Shown piece by piece: positions 19,388 through 32,753 of a DNA stretch of 64,000 nt. The DNA comes from Bdellovibrionota bacterium (GTDB taxonomy: Bacteria; Bdellovibrionota_C; UBA2361; JBGSMV01). The notes below the pieces were generated by a model, which saw only the letters and a list, made by a program, of their open reading frames with translations, was not told where the DNA came from and searched no databases. A program made the position numbers and the translations under genes. The stretch's first letter is position 1; each line of letters opens with the position of its first letter. Location of the stretch: assembly GCA_041739995.1 (NCBI GenBank), contig JBGSMV010000026.1, positions 46,699 through 110,698 on the forward strand, in the 5' to 3' direction.

Positions 19388-20083
19388 ATGGCAAAGGAAG
19401 GAAAGCGAATTCGTAAGTTGCGCGGCAAGGTCGATGCCGAGAAGCAGTATGCTCTCGCCGAGGCTTGTTCTGTAGTGGTGGACATGAAGTCCGCAAAGTT
19501 TGACGAGACCGTCGAGCTTGTAATTTCGCTGGGCGTTGACCCGCGTAAGGCCGATCAAAACGTTCGTGGGAGCGTGCCACTACCTCATGGTCTTGGAAAG
19601 ACCGTGAGAGTGCTTGTGTTTGCTAAGGGCGAGAAAGTGCAAGAGGCGCGCGATGCTGGTGCTGACTTGGTCGGTGGCGAAGACATCGTCGAGAAGATCA
19701 AGGGCGGCTTCATGGATTTTGATAGCGTCGTTGCTACTCCTGACATGATGGCGCAGGTGGGAAAGGTCGGAAAGATTCTTGGCCCCCGTGGTTTGATGCC
19801 TTCTCCAAAAGTCGGAACGGTGACGTTTGACGTTGGACAGACGGTAAAGTCAATCAAGTCGGGAAGAAGTGATTTCCGAGTAGATAAGGCCGGCATTGTC
19901 CATGCCGCGATCGGTAAGGCATCTTTTGGTGCCGAGAAAATTTCAGACAATGCAAATGCAATGATCGGAGCGCTCGTAAAGGCGAAGCCTCAGACCAGCA
20001 AGGGCATATATTTGAAGAGCGGAGCGATGTCCTTGACCATGAGTCCAGGGGTTCACCTCGACATTGCACCATTTCGTGCTTAA
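19388..20083 (+). CDS. rplA: 50S ribosomal protein L1
   Basis: [29 protein letters not shown]. Confidence 0.98.
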   Translation: MAKEGKRIRKLRGKVDAEKQYALAEACSVVVDMKSAKFDETVELVISLGVDPRKADQNVRGSVPLPHGLGKTVRVLVFAKGEKVQEARDAGADLVGGEDIVEKIKGGFMDFDSVVATPDMMAQVGKVGKILGPRGLMPSPKVGTVTFDVGQTVKSIKSGRSDFRVDKAGIVHAAIGKASFGAEKISDNANAMIGALVKAKPQTSKGIYLKSGAMSLTMSPGVHLDIAPFRA

Positions 20084-20144
20084 CGGGGAGTTCGTGCTTA
20101 ACGGGGAGTTCGTGCGCAACGGGGAGTTCGTGCGCAACGGCAGC
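20073..20144. repeat. 18-bp tandem repeat, 4 copies, starting in the rplA 3' end
   Basis: TTCGTGCTTAACGGGGAG twice then TTCGTGCGCAACGGGGAG and TTCGTGCGCAACGGCAGC. Confidence 0.95.
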
Positions 20145-20246
20145 GGCACTCATTGCAGGCGAGTACATCGGGCAGTTCGGTGAATTTAATTAAGGAAGGG
20201 ATAGCTTTTTAGTTGAGGCATCCCTTTAAGAGAATCTGAGGAAGGT

Positions 20247-20807
20247 ATGGAGCGCAGCGAAAAAGAATCTGAAGTACAATTTATCTCTGCAGCGCTCGCG
20301 AAAGCCCAAGTTGCATTGTGTGCTGACTATCGCGGACTAACCGTTGCGGAAATTACAAAGCTTCGCAAGAAGTTGCGCGAGAATGGTGCAAGCGCTCGGG
20401 TAGTGAAGAACACGCTGATTTCGATATCAGCGAAGCAAACATTTAGCTCTGCTTCGCAAGCTGAATTGGATAAGTTTCTCTCGATCTTCAAGGGCCCGAC
20501 ACTGTTGATAGCGTCTGATTCGGATCCTGTAGCGCCTGCAAAGGTGCTTGCAGACTTCCTTAAAGAGACCAAGGACAAGTTCTCGATTAAGGGTGGCTGG
20601 ATCGACGGTGCTTGTCTTGATGCCGGCGGAGTGAATGCGCTTGCGAAGATGCCAGGGAAGAAAGAGACCCTCGCGCAGTTGTTGAATTTGATTATGGCGC
20701 CCGCTACTCAGTTTGTTCGGTTGCTTCAGGCTCCGGGCCAACAAGTGGTTCAGGTATTGGGAGCACATCAGAGAAAAATGGAAGAGGGTGCCGGTACAGG
20801 GCAGTAG
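20247..20807 (+). CDS. rplJ: 50S ribosomal protein L10
   Basis: DYRGLTV, VVKNTL, operon position. Confidence 0.96.
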   Translation: MERSEKESEVQFISAALAKAQVALCADYRGLTVAEITKLRKKLRENGASARVVKNTLISISAKQTFSSASQAELDKFLSIFKGPTLLIASDSDPVAPAKVLADFLKETKDKFSIKGGWIDGACLDAGGVNALAKMPGKKETLAQLLNLIMAPATQFVRLLQAPGQQVVQVLGAHQRKMEEGAGTGQ

Positions 20808-20881
20808 TTCTGACAGTAAAATTGAAAATTGTCTGATTTTTAAATTTGATTTTGAAAATAGATTTTGAAAAGGGAGTGAGT

Positions 20882-21262
20882 ATGAGTGAAGTAACGATAG
20901 ACCAGGTAGAGAGCTTCATCGTCAACATGTCGTTGATGGATGCTGCAAGTTTGGTTAAGCGGCTTGAAGAGAAGCTCGGTGTATCAGCAGCAGCCCCGGT
21001 TGCGATGATGGCAGCGGGTGCAATGCCTGGCGCAGCAGCGGTTGAAGAGAAGACGGAGTTCACACTCAGTCTCGATAACGCCGGCGCCGATCGAGTCAAG
21101 GTCATTAAGGTAGTGCGTGAGCTTACCGGCCTTGGTTTGAAAGAAGCCAAAGACCTCGTTGACGCGGCTCCAAAGGTCGTTAAAGAGGGCGTAGCTAAGG
21201 CAGAAGCTGAAGAGATGAAGAAGAAACTTGAAGAAGTTGGCGCTAAGGCGTCTCTCAAGTAG
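20882..21262 (+). CDS. rplL: 50S ribosomal protein L7/L12
   Basis: [32 protein letters not shown] before ATG 20882. Confidence 0.98.
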   Translation: MSEVTIDQVESFIVNMSLMDAASLVKRLEEKLGVSAAAPVAMMAAGAMPGAAAVEEKTEFTLSLDNAGADRVKVIKVVRELTGLGLKEAKDLVDAAPKVVKEGVAKAEAEEMKKKLEEVGAKASLK

Positions 21263-22047
21263 AACTTCTTTGGGATGCCCAGTTTTTTTGTAACTGGGCT
21301 ATCTCGCCTTCATTTCGAGTAGAGGGTGGTTTAAGCGGTATCTAGAGAGCCCATTTATGCCCTCTAAGCCCTTAACCACCTAATTTTACTTGATTTGTTT
21401 GGCAAGTCTCTGAGTCGTCTTTCTACCGCAGTCACCACATTATTGTGCGGACAAGAAGTTGAATTCACTTGGTGCTGCTATTGCAGCCAGGGTGAATTCA
21501 CTCCTATAAACTAGGTGTTAAATTAAACATCTCGTGCGGATTGAAGGCGATGGACCCGAAAGGGGCCCTTTTGTTTGCTTCGCGTTGATTTTTAACTTGA
21601 AGCTCAAGAGTCATTGATCATCTCGACAGAATTTTCTCGACAGTGTCGTACTGCTGATTTTTTGTCGGTAGCGAGTGTGTTGCGAAGTTCTGACAATCTC
21701 ATCACTTAGCTGGCTCATCACTTAGCTGAGTGATGGGTTGAGGCGAGTGACGAGTGGTTTGAAGCGGGTCGTTTCTCGAGTGAGAGGTGGTTGCTGTATT
21801 CCGGGAGTGTTTCGCACTATTTTTGGAGCGTTTCACTTTGGAATATTTCTCGACACCGATCATGACGAAGACACGCCCGGGTGTGTGTATCACCGCTGTT
21901 AATTTTGCAGCGCGGTTCTCTTCCCTTTCTTCTTGTTGGTCCTTTCTTGGGCCTTGGAAGTGGGATGATGAGAGTGGCGCAGACGTTGCAAAGTAAAGTG
22001 CGGTTGATGCGCTACTTTTGAACGAAAAAATAGTTTGGCGAAAATCT

Positions 22048-25000
22048 ATGGCATCAAAAGTTAAGACTAACCTCCGCCTTCGTCGCTCATACTCCAGAAT
22101 AAGAGAAGTTACAGAGATTCCGAATCTCATATCAATACAAAAACGCTCTTACGATCGTTTTCTCCAGAAAGACACGGAAGCTGAAAAGCGAGAAGACATT
22201 GGTCTTCAACGTGTTTTCAAGTCAGTTTTTCCGATAAAAGATTACAACGGCACCGCTTCGCTGGAGTTCGTCTCGTACACACTTGGCGAGCCTAAATATG
22301 ATGTGGATGAGTGCCGCGCGCGTGGCATGACATGGGCCGCGCCACTTCGCGTGACCATCCAATTGGTTCTTTGGGACGTTGATCCCGAGTCAGGTGCGAA
22401 GAACCTTAACGCTCTCAAGGAAGACGTCGTTTACTTCGGCGAAATTCCTCTCATGACCGAGAAGGGCACGTTCCTTGTGAACGGCACCGAGCGTGTGATC
22501 GTCAGTCAGCTGCACAGATCTCCGGGCGTCTTCTTCGACCATGATGATGGGAAGGGGCACGTATCTGGAAAGTTGCTGTACTCCGCTCGAGTGATCCCTT
22601 ATCGCGGATCGTGGCTCGATTTCGAATTCGATATTAAGGACGTGTTGTTCTGTCGCATTGATCGACGACGAAAGCTTAATGCTTCCGTATTGCTGCGCGC
22701 TCTTGGCATGTCAGCCGATGAAGTTCTGGATTACTTCTACAAGAAGGACATCCTCACCTTCGGCAAGCGCGGCGTGATGACCAAGCAGTTCGTGCCTGAC
22801 CAGCTCGAAGGACAGAAGTCTTTTGCTGAGATCAAAATTGGCGGAAAAGCTCTTGTGCGCCAGGGTGGTAAGTTCAACCGGGCGGTTATTCGACGCTTAA
22901 AGGAAGCCGAGGTTGATTCAATCGAAATCGATCCTGATTCAGTAGCAGGAATGATAAGCGCCGACACGATTGTTCGTGTTGATGAGGATATTCTTCATCC
23001 TAAGAAGAATGAAATCATCGCCAGCGCTGGCGAGATCTTCATGGGCTGGGAAGCCATTCACGAGCGCTTCGGAAAGGTAGCGGAGAGCTTCGACGAAGAG
23101 GTCGCAAAGACCCTATTCGCTAAGATCTCAGTTCTTGTTTATGCCGGAGAGCAAATCTCCCCTGACAAGATAAATGCTAAGGGCGAGGTCGTTGAGACTG
23201 GCACGCTCACCTTGTTGCGCGACTTGCAGATTTCCTCGATTCGAGTGCTCTACGTCGATGATCACCATATCGGTGAAGCGTTGGTGAAGACGCTCCTTAC
23301 GGATAAAATGAATCCGGAGAGAGAAGATCTTTATTCACGTCTGATTGGGAAGCCAACTACCGATAGTTTGATCGAAATCTACCGCAGGCTTCGTCCGGGC
23401 GATCCTCCACGTCCAGAGACGGCGAGCGCCACGTTTAAGAATTTGTTCTTTAACGGCGAACGCTACGATCTCTCAGATATTGGTCGCTACAAGATCAATC
23501 ATAAATTGTACGTTTCTCAGGGTAGGGAAGCTCCTCCGCTTGATCAGGGTGTGCTCTCACCGGACGACATCAAGGAAGCAATTCGATACTTGCTCGAACT
23601 TCGTAACTCCACTGATGCAGCCAGATACTCTATTGATGACATCGATCATCTTGGTAACCGACGAGTTCGAGCGGTCGGTGAGTTGATCGAGAATCAGTAT
23701 CGCATCGGTCTTGTGAGAATGGAGCGCGCCGTGAAGGAGCGCATGGGCATGCAGGACGTGGATACTCTCGTCCCGCAAGATCTCATCAACTACAAGCCAG
23801 TGGCTGCAGTAGTGAAGGAGTTCTTTGGTTCATCGCAACTCTCGCAGTTCATGGATCAAACCAATCCGCTGTCTGAAGTTACCCATAAGCGCAGACTTTC
23901 TGCCTTGGGACCAGGCGGACTAACTCGTGATCGCGCGGGCTTCGAAGTTCGTGACGTAAATCCGACTCACTATGGACGAATTTGTCCGATTGAGACTCCT
24001 GAGGGTCCGAATATCGGTCTTATTTCCTCTTTGGCCGTTTATGCACGGGTCAATGCGTTCGGATTCCTCGAAACCCCGTATCGTGTAGTCGATAACAACG
24101 GCACGGTTACGGATGATATTGTGTATCTCTCAGCGCTCGAAGAAGAGCGCGATACCATCGCTCCCGCGAGTGTAGGAATCGACGATAAGGGCCGTTTTAG
24201 GGATCCGTCTCTGCCAGCTCGGCGCAATGGTGAGTACATTCTTTCTCCACAAGGAGAGGTCACTAAAGTTGACGTGAGTCCTAAGCAGATTGTGAGTGTG
24301 GCGGCTTCGCTCATTCCGTTCCTTGAGAATGATGACGCGAACCGCGCATTGATGGGTTCCAACATGCAACGTCAAGCGGTGCCGTGCTTGGTTGCTCAGG
24401 CGCCGATGGTCGGAACTGGAATGGAGCACATTGTTGCTCGCGATTCAGTGGCGACGGTATCGAGCAAGCGTTCAGGAAGTGTGGTGTCGGTAGATGCAGA
24501 GCGCATCGTTATCAAAGCCGACAAGATGACCGAAGATCCTCTGGATTCAGGTGTAGATATCTACAACCTGGTAAAATACAGAAGGTCGAACCAAAACACC
24601 TGCATTAACCAGCGCCCGATCGTTCGTGCGGGCGAGCGTATCGCCGCAGGCGAGGTGATGGCTGACGGTCCAAGTACTGAAATGGCTGAATTGGCGCTTG
24701 GGCAGAACTGCCTGGTCGCGTTCATGCCGTGGAATGGCTACAACTTCGAAGATTCCATTCTCATCAATGAGAATCTCGTCAAACGTGACGTGTTCACTTC
24801 AGTACACATTGAAGAGTTTGAATGCGTAGCGCGTGATACCAAGTTAGGCCGAGAAGAAATCACCCGCGATATTCCGAATGTCGGGGAAGAAGCTCTGAAG
24901 GATCTTGATGAGTCCGGAATTATCCGTATCGGCGCCGAAGTGGTGCCGGGCGATATTCTGGTCGGAAAGATTACTCCTAAGAGCGAGACCCAGCTCAGCC

Positions 25001-26550
25001 CAGAAGAGAAGCTCTTGCGAGCGATCTTCGGAGAGAAGGCCGGCGAGGTTCGAGATACAAGTCTCAAGCTTCCTCCTGGGGTCGAAGGAACGATCATCGC
25101 TGCTCAAGTGTTCTCTCGAAAGGGAACAGATAAAGACGAGCGTATGCTCGCTATCGAGAAGCGAGAAATTGCTCGACTTGAACAGGACCAAAAAGACGAG
25201 ATCAACATCATTCGTGATGCAGCTCTTGGAGAGATCAAGCACCTACTGGTGGACAAGGAGATTTCAGCGCGTCTTGTTGATGACAAACGTCAGCAGCTGA
25301 TTGCGAAGGGAACTATCTTGACTGCGGATATGCTCGAAGGCGTGCCTTTCGAGTATTTGCGCGACATTCAAGTCGGTGACGAGCCAGCTCAAGAGACGAT
25401 TAACCGAATCGTGGTGCGAGCAGGTCAACGAATCAATAACAAACGCGCAGCACTGGCTGAGAAGATCAAGCGCCTCAAAGAGGGTGATGAACTTGCCCCC
25501 GGCGTGATCAAGATGGTCAAAGTCTTTGTTGCCATCAAGCGTAAGATTCAAGTCGGCGACAAGTTGGCAGGACGTCACGGTAACAAGGGTGTGCTCTCGA
25601 AGGTCGTGCCTGTTGAGGACATGCCTTACCTTGCCGACGGTACTCCGGTAGACGTGGTTCTCAATCCGCTTGGTGTGCCTTCTCGTATGAACGTGGGCCA
25701 GATTCTTGAAACTCACCTCGGGTGGGCTTCTTGGAGAATAGGGCAGGCGGTTGAGAATCTGTTGGAGCAGATAGTAGATCCGGGCACAGGCGCTGAGCTG
25801 TCATGGGTCACTGCGGATCAGCGTCGAGAAGTCATTGCTCGTCTGCGTAATCTGCTGAAGCTTGCATTGCCTGACAAGGCTCAGAGCACTCTGATTGAAT
25901 CGCTCAATGATGTGGGGCTTGTAGAGCTCGCTCGTCGTGAACGTCGCGGTGTGCACGTAGCTTCGCCAGTATTTGATGCTTCCACTGAGGAAGACATAGA
26001 GAATCTGATGAAGCTCACTGAAACCGATACGAGCGGTCAAGTGCAGCTCTATGACGGGCGAACTGGCGAAGCATTTGCAGAACGTTGCACCGTCGGCGTG
26101 ATGTACATGCTGAAGCTTGATCACCTTGTCGACGACAAGATTCATGCACGATCGATTGGACCATACTCGCTTGTGACGCAGCAGCCTCTTGGCGGTAAAG
26201 CCCAGTTCGGCGGTCAGCGACTTGGAGAAATGGAAGTGTGGGCGCTGGAAGCCTACGGCGCGGCTTTCACCTTGCAGGAATTCCTCACAGTGAAGTCGGA
26301 TGATGTGGCGGGTCGTACAAGAATGTACGAGTCGATTGTGAAGGGAGAGCACGTGCTTGAGCCCGGACTCCCCGAGTCATTCAACGTCATGATGAAGGAG
26401 CTTCAGTCGCTTGCGCTTGATGTAGAGCTCGTAGAAGAGGGGGTCCCTGCCATTGCGGGTGATTCACTCGATGCTGGTGAAGCGGTTGCTACGGAATCAA
26501 CGACGCTGATTGCGAGCGCCTCTGAATCAAATGGGGCGAGCGTTCAATAG
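22048..26550 (+). CDS. rpoB: RNA polymerase beta subunit
   Basis: [44 protein letters not shown]. Confidence 0.99.
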   Translation: MASKVKTNLRLRRSYSRIREVTEIPNLISIQKRSYDRFLQKDTEAEKREDIGLQRVFKSVFPIKDYNGTASLEFVSYTLGEPKYDVDECRARGMTWAAPLRVTIQLVLWDVDPESGAKNLNALKEDVVYFGEIPLMTEKGTFLVNGTERVIVSQLHRSPGVFFDHDDGKGHVSGKLLYSARVIPYRGSWLDFEFDIKDVLFCRIDRRRKLNASVLLRALGMSADEVLDYFYKKDILTFGKRGVMTKQFVPDQLEGQKSFAEIKIGGKALVRQGGKFNRAVIRRLKEAEVDSIEIDPDSVAGMISADTIVRVDEDILHPKKNEIIASAGEIFMGWEAIHERFGKVAESFDEEVAKTLFAKISVLVYAGEQISPDKINAKGEVVETGTLTLLRDLQISSIRVLYVDDHHIGEALVKTLLTDKMNPEREDLYSRLIGKPTTDSLIEIYRRLRPGDPPRPETASATFKNLFFNGERYDLSDIGRYKINHKLYVSQGREAPPLDQGVLSPDDIKEAIRYLLELRNSTDAARYSIDDIDHLGNRRVRAVGELIENQYRIGLVRMERAVKERMGMQDVDTLVPQDLINYKPVAAVVKEFFGSSQLSQFMDQTNPLSEVTHKRRLSALGPGGLTRDRAGFEVRDVNPTHYGRICPIETPEGPNIGLISSLAVYARVNAFGFLETPYRVVDNNGTVTDDIVYLSALEEERDTIAPASVGIDDKGRFRDPSLPARRNGEYILSPQGEVTKVDVSPKQIVSVAASLIPFLENDDANRALMGSNMQRQAVPCLVAQAPMVGTGMEHIVARDSVATVSSKRSGSVVSVDAERIVIKADKMTEDPLDSGVDIYNLVKYRRSNQNTCINQRPIVRAGERIAAGEVMADGPSTEMAELALGQNCLVAFMPWNGYNFEDSILINENLVKRDVFTSVHIEEFECVARDTKLGREEITRDIPNVGEEALKDLDESGIIRIGAEVVPGDILVGKITPKSETQLSPEEKLLRAIFGEKAGEVRDTSLKLPPGVEGTIIAAQVFSRKGTDKDERMLAIEKREIARLEQDQKDEINIIRDAALGEIKHLLVDKEISARLVDDKRQQLIAKGTILTADMLEGVPFEYLRDIQVGDEPAQETINRIVVRAGQRINNKRAALAEKIKRLKEGDELAPGVIKMVKVFVAIKRKIQVGDKLAGRHGNKGVLSKVVPVEDMPYLADGTPVDVVLNPLGVPSRMNVGQILETHLGWASWRIGQAVENLLEQIVDPGTGAELSWVTADQRREVIARLRNLLKLALPDKAQSTLIESLNDVGLVELARRERRGVHVASPVFDASTEEDIENLMKLTETDTSGQVQLYDGRTGEAFAERCTVGVMYMLKLDHLVDDKIHARSIGPYSLVTQQPLGGKAQFGGQRLGEMEVWALEAYGAAFTLQEFLTVKSDDVAGRTRMYESIVKGEHVLEPGLPESFNVMMKELQSLALDVELVEEGVPAIAGDSLDAGEAVATESTTLIASASESNGASVQ

Positions 26551-26589
26551 GCGCCAGGACCTAAAAGTGTAGCTGTAGAGAATGGCAAA

Positions 26590-26624
26590 CGTTCGCTGGA
26601 GGCCAGTAAAGGCTCCAGCGAACG
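26590..26624 (+). other. 12-bp stem-loop between rpoB and rpoC
   Basis: CGTTCGCTGGAG / CTCCAGCGAACG, no U tract. Confidence 0.7.
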
Positions 26625-26666
26625 AAGTAAGAATTTTTTAGAAGTCGACGTACAAGGTACTTACTT

Positions 26667-29600
26667 ATGAGCATGGACGACCTCTTTAGTCTCTTCGAAA
26701 AGCCAAAGAACCCAATCAAGTTCAATGCGCTTCAGATAAAAATCGCGAGCCCTGAGAAAATCAAGAGCTGGTCATTTGGGGAAGTGACGAAGCCAGAGAC
26801 GATCAACTATCGAACTCTCAAGCCTGAGCGTGATGGATTGTTCTGCGCTAAGATTTTCGGCCCAGTGAAGGACTACGAGTGTATTTGCGGCAAGTACAAG
26901 CGCCTTCGTCATCGCGGCGTGGTCTGCGAGAAGTGCGGCGTTGAAGTTATCCAGAGCAAGGTGCGTCGTGAGCGAATGGGGCACATTGAGCTGGCATGCC
27001 CGGTTGCCCACATTTGGTTCCTCAAGAGTTTGCCGAGCCGCATTGGTGCGGTGCTTGATGTAACTCTGCGTGATCTTGAGAAAGTTCTTTATTTCGAGAA
27101 CTACATTGTTACCGATCCTGGCGAGACCTCGGATTTGGAAGCAGGACAGTTGCTCACTGAGCGCGAATACCGATTGCTTCGTGATCAATATGGTGCGCGC
27201 TTTTCAGCAGGCATGGGAGCCGACACGGTTCTTGAAATGCTTAAGAAAATCGAGGTCGATCCGCTTTGCCAGTCGTTGCGAGCTGAACTCAAGACCGTTA
27301 CCTCTGAAGCCAAGCGCAAGAAAATTGCAAAGAGACTCAAAGTCCTTACGGCATTTCAGACCAGCGGCAACCTTCCTGATTGGATGATCATGACGGTCGT
27401 TCCGGTAATCCCACCGGATCTTCGACCGCTTGTTCCTCTTGATGGTGGAAGGTTTGCGACTAGCGATCTCAATGATCTCTATCGTCGAGTGATCAACCGT
27501 AATAATCGTCTGAAGAGACTGATTGAGCTTAAAGCCCCCGACATTATCATCCGCAACGAGAAGAGAATGTTGCAGGAGTCCGTGGACGCATTGTTCGACA
27601 ATGGTCGCCGTGGAAGAACCATCACCGGGCCTAATAAGCGTCCGCTGAAGTCTCTCTCTGACATGTTGAAGGGTAAAGGCGGACGTTTCCGTCAGAACCT
27701 TCTCGGTAAGCGTGTAGACTACTCTGGTCGTTCCGTAATCGTAGTGGGTCCTGAACTACGACTCCATCAGTGCGGGCTTCCTAAGAAGATGGCGCTCGAG
27801 CTGTTTAAGCCCTTCATCTACAACAAGCTTGAAGAGCGTGGTTATGTAACCACGATCAAGAGCGCGAAGAAGATGGTAGAAAAGGAGAAGGGTGTCGTTT
27901 GGGACATCCTCGACGAAGTGATTAAGGAGCATCCTGTTCTCCTCAATCGAGCACCGACCTTGCATCGTCTTGGTATTCAGGCTTTTGAGCCACTTTTGAT
28001 TGAAGGTAAGGCTATTCAGCTGCACCCATTAGTTTGTACCGCCTTTAACGCTGACTTTGACGGCGATCAAATGGCTGTGCACGTCCCGCTATCAGTTGAA
28101 GCGCAGGTTGAGTCACGAGTGTTGATGATGTCGACCAATAATATTTTGAGCCCACGAGACGGTAAGCCGATCATCGTGCCATCTCAAGATATTGTGTTGG
28201 GGCTCTACTACATGACCCGCGAGCGACCTTTTGCTGCGGGCGAGGGGAAGATCTTCTCAAATCCTGATGAAGTCTGGCTTGCGTGGCAGGCTCGTGAAAT
28301 CGCCCTTCAGGCCAAGATAGTGTGCCGTATTAAGGAAGAGCGAGTTGAGACAACTGTTGGACGAGTCTTGCTCTATCATCTCATGCCACGAGTGTTGCCG
28401 TTTAAGCACTACAACAGGGTGTTTAAGAAGAAGGAAATTGGAAACCTCATTGATGAGAGTTTCCGTATCTCCGGAAATAAGGCCACAGTAATTCTGGCGG
28501 ATAGGCTCAAGGACATCGGCTATCAGTTCGCTACTGAAGCGGGTATCTCGATTGGTCTGCATGACATGGCGATTCCTGAGAGCAAGAAAACCTTGCTTGA
28601 TGATGCCGATCGCAGAGTTGCCGAGATTGATAACCAGTACCAAGAGGGATTAATCACCTCTGGAGAGCGCTACAATAAAGTCATCGATATTTGGTCTGAC
28701 GTTGGTGATCGAATTGCCGACGACATGATGCTGGGCATCTCGACTGCGGAGTTCCGTAGGAGTGACTTGCGTCGTGGGGAAGGAGAATCAGGATCGGCGG
28801 TTGTGGGAGATGAAACCAGAAAAGGACCATCTTTCAACTCGATCTTCATCATGGCCGATTCCGGAGCGCGAGGATCTAACCAGCAGATTCGTCAGTTGGC
28901 GGGGATGAGAGGACTGATGGCAAAGCCTGACGGTTCCATCATCGAGCAGCCGATTAAGGCGAACCTGCGTGAAGGATTGAGCGTTCTTCAGTACTTCGTG
29001 TCTACCCACGGTGCCCGTAAGGGTCTCGCGGATACGGCGCTTAAGACCGCGAACTCTGGATACCTGACTCGTCGTCTCGTAGACGTTGCCCAAGACTGTA
29101 TCGTTACAGGCTTTGATTGCGGAACGGCCGACGGCATGGAGGTCTCTGCCTTAATTGAAGGCGGCGAGGAGATCGAGTCGTTGACCAACCGAATTCTCGG
29201 GCGCATTGCGGCCGAGGACATTCGTGATCCAATCACCAATGACATTTTGGTGAATAGGAACGAGGAGATCGACGAGGAGAAGTCTGCGGCAGTTACGGCA
29301 GCCGGACTCGATACTGTATTCATTCGCTCAGCGTTGACTTGTGAGTCTGAACGAGGGGTGTGTATCTCCTGTTACGGACGTGATCTTGCACGAGGGCATG
29401 TAGTGAACCTCGGAGAGGCAGTCGGAGTTATCGCAGCGCAGTGTATCGGTGAGCCTGGTACTCAGCTGACCATGAGAACGTTCCACATCGGTGGTGCGGC
29501 ATCTGGACGAGCTGAACAAACTTCGCTTGAGGCACGTTACGCAGGTAGCGTTCGATTCGAGGGCGTGAAGCTTGCGACCCGTAAAGACGGTACCTCAGTG

Positions 29601-30839
29601 GTCATGAGCCGCAAATCAGAGCTCGTGATATTTGATCCATCCGACAATCGCGAACGTGAACGTCACCAGCTTGTGTACGGTGCTCGTCTCAAGGTGAAGG
29701 ACGGCGATGTTGTCGATGCGGGACAGAACCTGTGCGAATGGGATCCGTTCTCCATACCAATTCTTTCCGAGCTTGCCGGCCGCGTTGAGTGGCAGGACAT
29801 CAACGAGCACACGATGGAGGAGCGAACTGATGAGCGCACCGGGTTCTCGGAGCGTGAAATTGTTCAATCTAAAGACAAGGGCTCAGATTTCCGACCGCGC
29901 GTAGTTATCTACGGCGAGAACGGACAGAGCAGGGTCTATAACTTGCCCGTCGGTGTTCGTGTAACGCTTGAGCACAATAGTGACATTGATGCTGGTGATG
30001 TAGTCGCGAAGCGTGAGCGAGCAACCACTAAGACCAAGGATATCACCGGAGGTCTTCCTCGGGTTGTCGAGCTTTTCGAAGCGCGTAAACCTAAGGATCC
30101 TGCCGAAGTATCAGAGGTCGACGGTGTTGTTGATTTCGGCGAAGATCTTCGTGGCAAGCGCCGCGTAGTGGTCACCCCAGATGCGGGTGAGCCGCGTGAG
30201 TACTTGATCGCAAAGACCAAGCACATCTCGGTTCAAAAAGGTGATCGCGTTAAGGCGGGTGAGGCCATCACAGAGGGTGCCGTGAATCCGCACGAGATTT
30301 TGCGTATCGAGGGCATCAGCGCACTCGCCGCGTATCTTGTGAACGAAATTCAGGAAATCTACCGACTTCAGGGTGTGCGCATTAATGACAAGCACATCGA
30401 AGTTATCGTTCGCCAGATGATGAGACGAGTGCGAGTGGTTGATCCTGGCGACACCTTGTTCTTGCCAGGTGAGGCATATGAGCGACTTCGTGTGGTTCAA
30501 GACAACCAGAGAGTGGTTGCTGAGGGCTTGAAGCCTGCTTCGTACGAGCCGCTATTGCTCGGAATCACCAAGGCATCACTGTCGACAGAGTCGTTCATCT
30601 CAGCAGCGAGCTTCCAAGAGACCACCAAGGTGCTCACTGAAGCAGCGGTGTCTGGACGAATTGACTTTCTGCGTGGCCTTAAAGAGAACGTCATCATGGG
30701 ACGTCTCATTCCTGCCGGTTCTGGGGTAACCCAGTATGGGGAGCGGAATGTGAAGGTTGAAGGCAGCGAGCCAGTTCCTGTGCGGACTGAAGCTCGAATC
30801 AGTCAGACTTCACTTGAGTCCCTCGCTGGGCTGCTATAG
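26667..30839 (+). CDS. rpoC: RNA polymerase beta' subunit
   Basis: Zinc finger Cys set, [20 protein letters not shown]. Confidence 0.99.
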   Translation: MSMDDLFSLFEKPKNPIKFNALQIKIASPEKIKSWSFGEVTKPETINYRTLKPERDGLFCAKIFGPVKDYECICGKYKRLRHRGVVCEKCGVEVIQSKVRRERMGHIELACPVAHIWFLKSLPSRIGAVLDVTLRDLEKVLYFENYIVTDPGETSDLEAGQLLTEREYRLLRDQYGARFSAGMGADTVLEMLKKIEVDPLCQSLRAELKTVTSEAKRKKIAKRLKVLTAFQTSGNLPDWMIMTVVPVIPPDLRPLVPLDGGRFATSDLNDLYRRVINRNNRLKRLIELKAPDIIIRNEKRMLQESVDALFDNGRRGRTITGPNKRPLKSLSDMLKGKGGRFRQNLLGKRVDYSGRSVIVVGPELRLHQCGLPKKMALELFKPFIYNKLEERGYVTTIKSAKKMVEKEKGVVWDILDEVIKEHPVLLNRAPTLHRLGIQAFEPLLIEGKAIQLHPLVCTAFNADFDGDQMAVHVPLSVEAQVESRVLMMSTNNILSPRDGKPIIVPSQDIVLGLYYMTRERPFAAGEGKIFSNPDEVWLAWQAREIALQAKIVCRIKEERVETTVGRVLLYHLMPRVLPFKHYNRVFKKKEIGNLIDESFRISGNKATVILADRLKDIGYQFATEAGISIGLHDMAIPESKKTLLDDADRRVAEIDNQYQEGLITSGERYNKVIDIWSDVGDRIADDMMLGISTAEFRRSDLRRGEGESGSAVVGDETRKGPSFNSIFIMADSGARGSNQQIRQLAGMRGLMAKPDGSIIEQPIKANLREGLSVLQYFVSTHGARKGLADTALKTANSGYLTRRLVDVAQDCIVTGFDCGTADGMEVSALIEGGEEIESLTNRILGRIAAEDIRDPITNDILVNRNEEIDEEKSAAVTAAGLDTVFIRSALTCESERGVCISCYGRDLARGHVVNLGEAVGVIAAQCIGEPGTQLTMRTFHIGGAASGRAEQTSLEARYAGSVRFEGVKLATRKDGTSVVMSRKSELVIFDPSDNRERERHQLVYGARLKVKDGDVVDAGQNLCEWDPFSIPILSELAGRVEWQDINEHTMEERTDERTGFSEREIVQSKDKGSDFRPRVVIYGENGQSRVYNLPVGVRVTLEHNSDIDAGDVVAKRERATTKTKDITGGLPRVVELFEARKPKDPAEVSEVDGVVDFGEDLRGKRRVVVTPDAGEPREYLIAKTKHISVQKGDRVKAGEAITEGAVNPHEILRIEGISALAAYLVNEIQEIYRLQGVRINDKHIEVIVRQMMRRVRVVDPGDTLFLPGEAYERLRVVQDNQRVVAEGLKPASYEPLLLGITKASLSTESFISAASFQETTKVLTEAAVSGRIDFLRGLKENVIMGRLIPAGSGVTQYGERNVKVEGSEPVPVRTEARISQTSLESLAGLL

Positions 30840-30862
30840 GCCTCGTCTCACTGGGCGAGCTT

Positions 30863-30898
30863 TCTCTCAGGGACCCTTTCTTTTGGGTCCCTGAGAGA
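30863..30898 (+). terminator. Hairpin after rpoC, possible terminator or stabiliser
   Basis: 14-bp perfect stem TCTCTCAGGGACCC / GGGTCCCTGAGAGA; no following U tract. Confidence 0.5.
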
Positions 30899-32314
30899 CA
30901 CACATCAACGTCACACTGGCTTGGAGAGCCCTGAAATAGGGATCTGTGTGTTCCCCGTAGCCCTACCTTGCCCTCTGAGTGAGAATTTCAGTTAAGCACC
31001 TCTCTCGCCGAGCTCGTTGTGTAATTCATTAAAGATATTCACAAAGAGATTAGCGAGCACATCGAGAATTACTCATCGAACTCTTCACTAAGGAGAGTGG
31101 CGCTCGTCGCTCTTGTCGCACAGGCTCGTAACCAGCTGAAAACAAACAGATTATTTACGAAGTAGGGGGCTCTTCGCCCATTACTGCTGCGCCAGAGCGA
31201 GATGTCCTGTCAAAGCCTCCCTCAGAGCTTATTGGTGAGGAAGGAGAACCGAGATGACGTTTTTGCGGCAGCTATTCTGGGACTTTGGGGTGCGGGGGCC
31301 CGTGAGTATCCGCTAATTTTGTGGTAAACACCCTGTAGATTTCGGCTTGAGAGGATCTGAGGTTCGGTGTACGGGCAACAGAGACTATTTGGAAGTTCTA
31401 CATACGGTTTTCGCGTTTTAAACGCGCGTATGTTTGACTCTAATGCCTCCCGCATGATACCTATCCGCCGTCTTTAACAAGGACATGTTCAGCGCTTTTT
31501 GGGCGTTTCTTGGCCTTTCGAGAGTCTCTTTTATTCGCCTTCTACTGGCCGCATTCTTCGCTGAATGTACCTTTAGAAAGTGCGGGGGTGCTTCCATGAG
31601 AGCGCTCTATAAGAAGAACCTCTGCGAAAGCAAACTGAGAGGCTCCACACGAGGAGTTTTATTGAAACGCCTCGTACTGGAAGTAATGAGAGATGCAAGG
31701 CTTTTCCCTGGGAAAGTAGCCATCTTCAGGCATGTACTTGAGTTAGGAGTTCGCTGCCAGGTCTTTGCCCTTGTCAGTAAGTCACAGTATTTATGTTTCT
31801 TGTTTCGATTTCTTCGAAGCGAGCGCTGGGACGAATGCACGAGAGCGATTACCGATGGTCCCTGAAAGATTGTTTCTTGCAGGGTCTACGCTTGAAAATA
31901 ATGAGGCTGTGTCTAAAAAGGTTAGTGCCTAATAAGGCTCTGGCCTAATGAAGAACTGGCCTAATGAAGCTTTGGCTTCATGTTAAGTTCGAGAGAGTAG
32001 GTCCAGTAAGTAACCGCGTTTCGGGCTCGATTCGTCTCCCCAGGAGAAAGCAGCTACATAGTTTTTCGGTGTTACGTGCGGTATTAGCTTATCCGCGTAA
32101 CTAGAGTGCAGTTAGCTAGAGTGCGGTACTGGCGTGCAGTGAGCATGTTGGTCTGATTTCTCTAGTCTGGGTGCCGTTCCTTCTGAAGTGGTGTCGGCTT
32201 CTGGAGTAGTGTGATTCGAGAGGATTTTCGAAATTTGAGCTTGCTTTAGAGATGCTCATATTGTCCGAAGAGAATCGCGAGATTTAGGATTTTTTAAACG
32301 AAGAGAAGGTACAG

Positions 32315-32686
32315 ATGCCAACGATTAATCAGCTCGTTCGTCATCGTCGCGGAAACAAGAACCGACGAAGTAAGTCGCCTGCACTGATGTCATGCCCACA
32401 GCGAAGAGGTGTGTGCACGCGCGTGTATACTATGACCCCTAAGAAGCCGAATTCGGCTCTTCGAAAAGTAGCGCGTGTTCGCTTGACGAGTGGGATTGAA
32501 ATCACCAGCTACATTCCTGGAGTAGGGCATAACCTGCAGGAGCATTCGGTGGTTCTTGTTCGTGGTGGTCGAGTGAAGGATCTTCCCGGTTGTCGTTATC
32601 ACACGGTGCGCGGAAAGCTTGAAGCGCATGGTGTTGCTGACAGAAAACAAAGTCGTTCTAAGTACGGAGCGAAGAGACCTAAATAA
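32315..32686 (+). CDS. rpsL: 30S ribosomal protein S12
   Basis: [27 protein letters not shown]. Confidence 0.99.
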   Translation: MPTINQLVRHRRGNKNRRSKSPALMSCPQRRGVCTRVYTMTPKKPNSALRKVARVRLTSGIEITSYIPGVGHNLQEHSVVLVRGGRVKDLPGCRYHTVRGKLEAHGVADRKQSRSKYGAKRPK

Positions 32687-32753
32687 TCACGGATTATCTC
32701 GCGGCGAGCTCGATTGTTGCGAATAGGATAGCGGTTAAGGAGAGCCAAATTTT

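Noticed and set aside
17554..20144. Short repeat arrays as CRISPR
   Set aside because: Units are directly adjacent with no unique spacers, and no cas genes are present
21702..22130. 142 aa minus-strand ORF
   Set aside because: Overlaps the rpoB start antisense; no motif
31222..31865. ORFs 31222-31455, 31485-31865 and 31607-31840 as genes
   Set aside because: Mutually overlapping, no recognisable motif or RBS
31903..31920. GAGGCTGTGTCTAAAAAG as another IS1182-like end
   Set aside because: Loose match with no partner end or transposase trace
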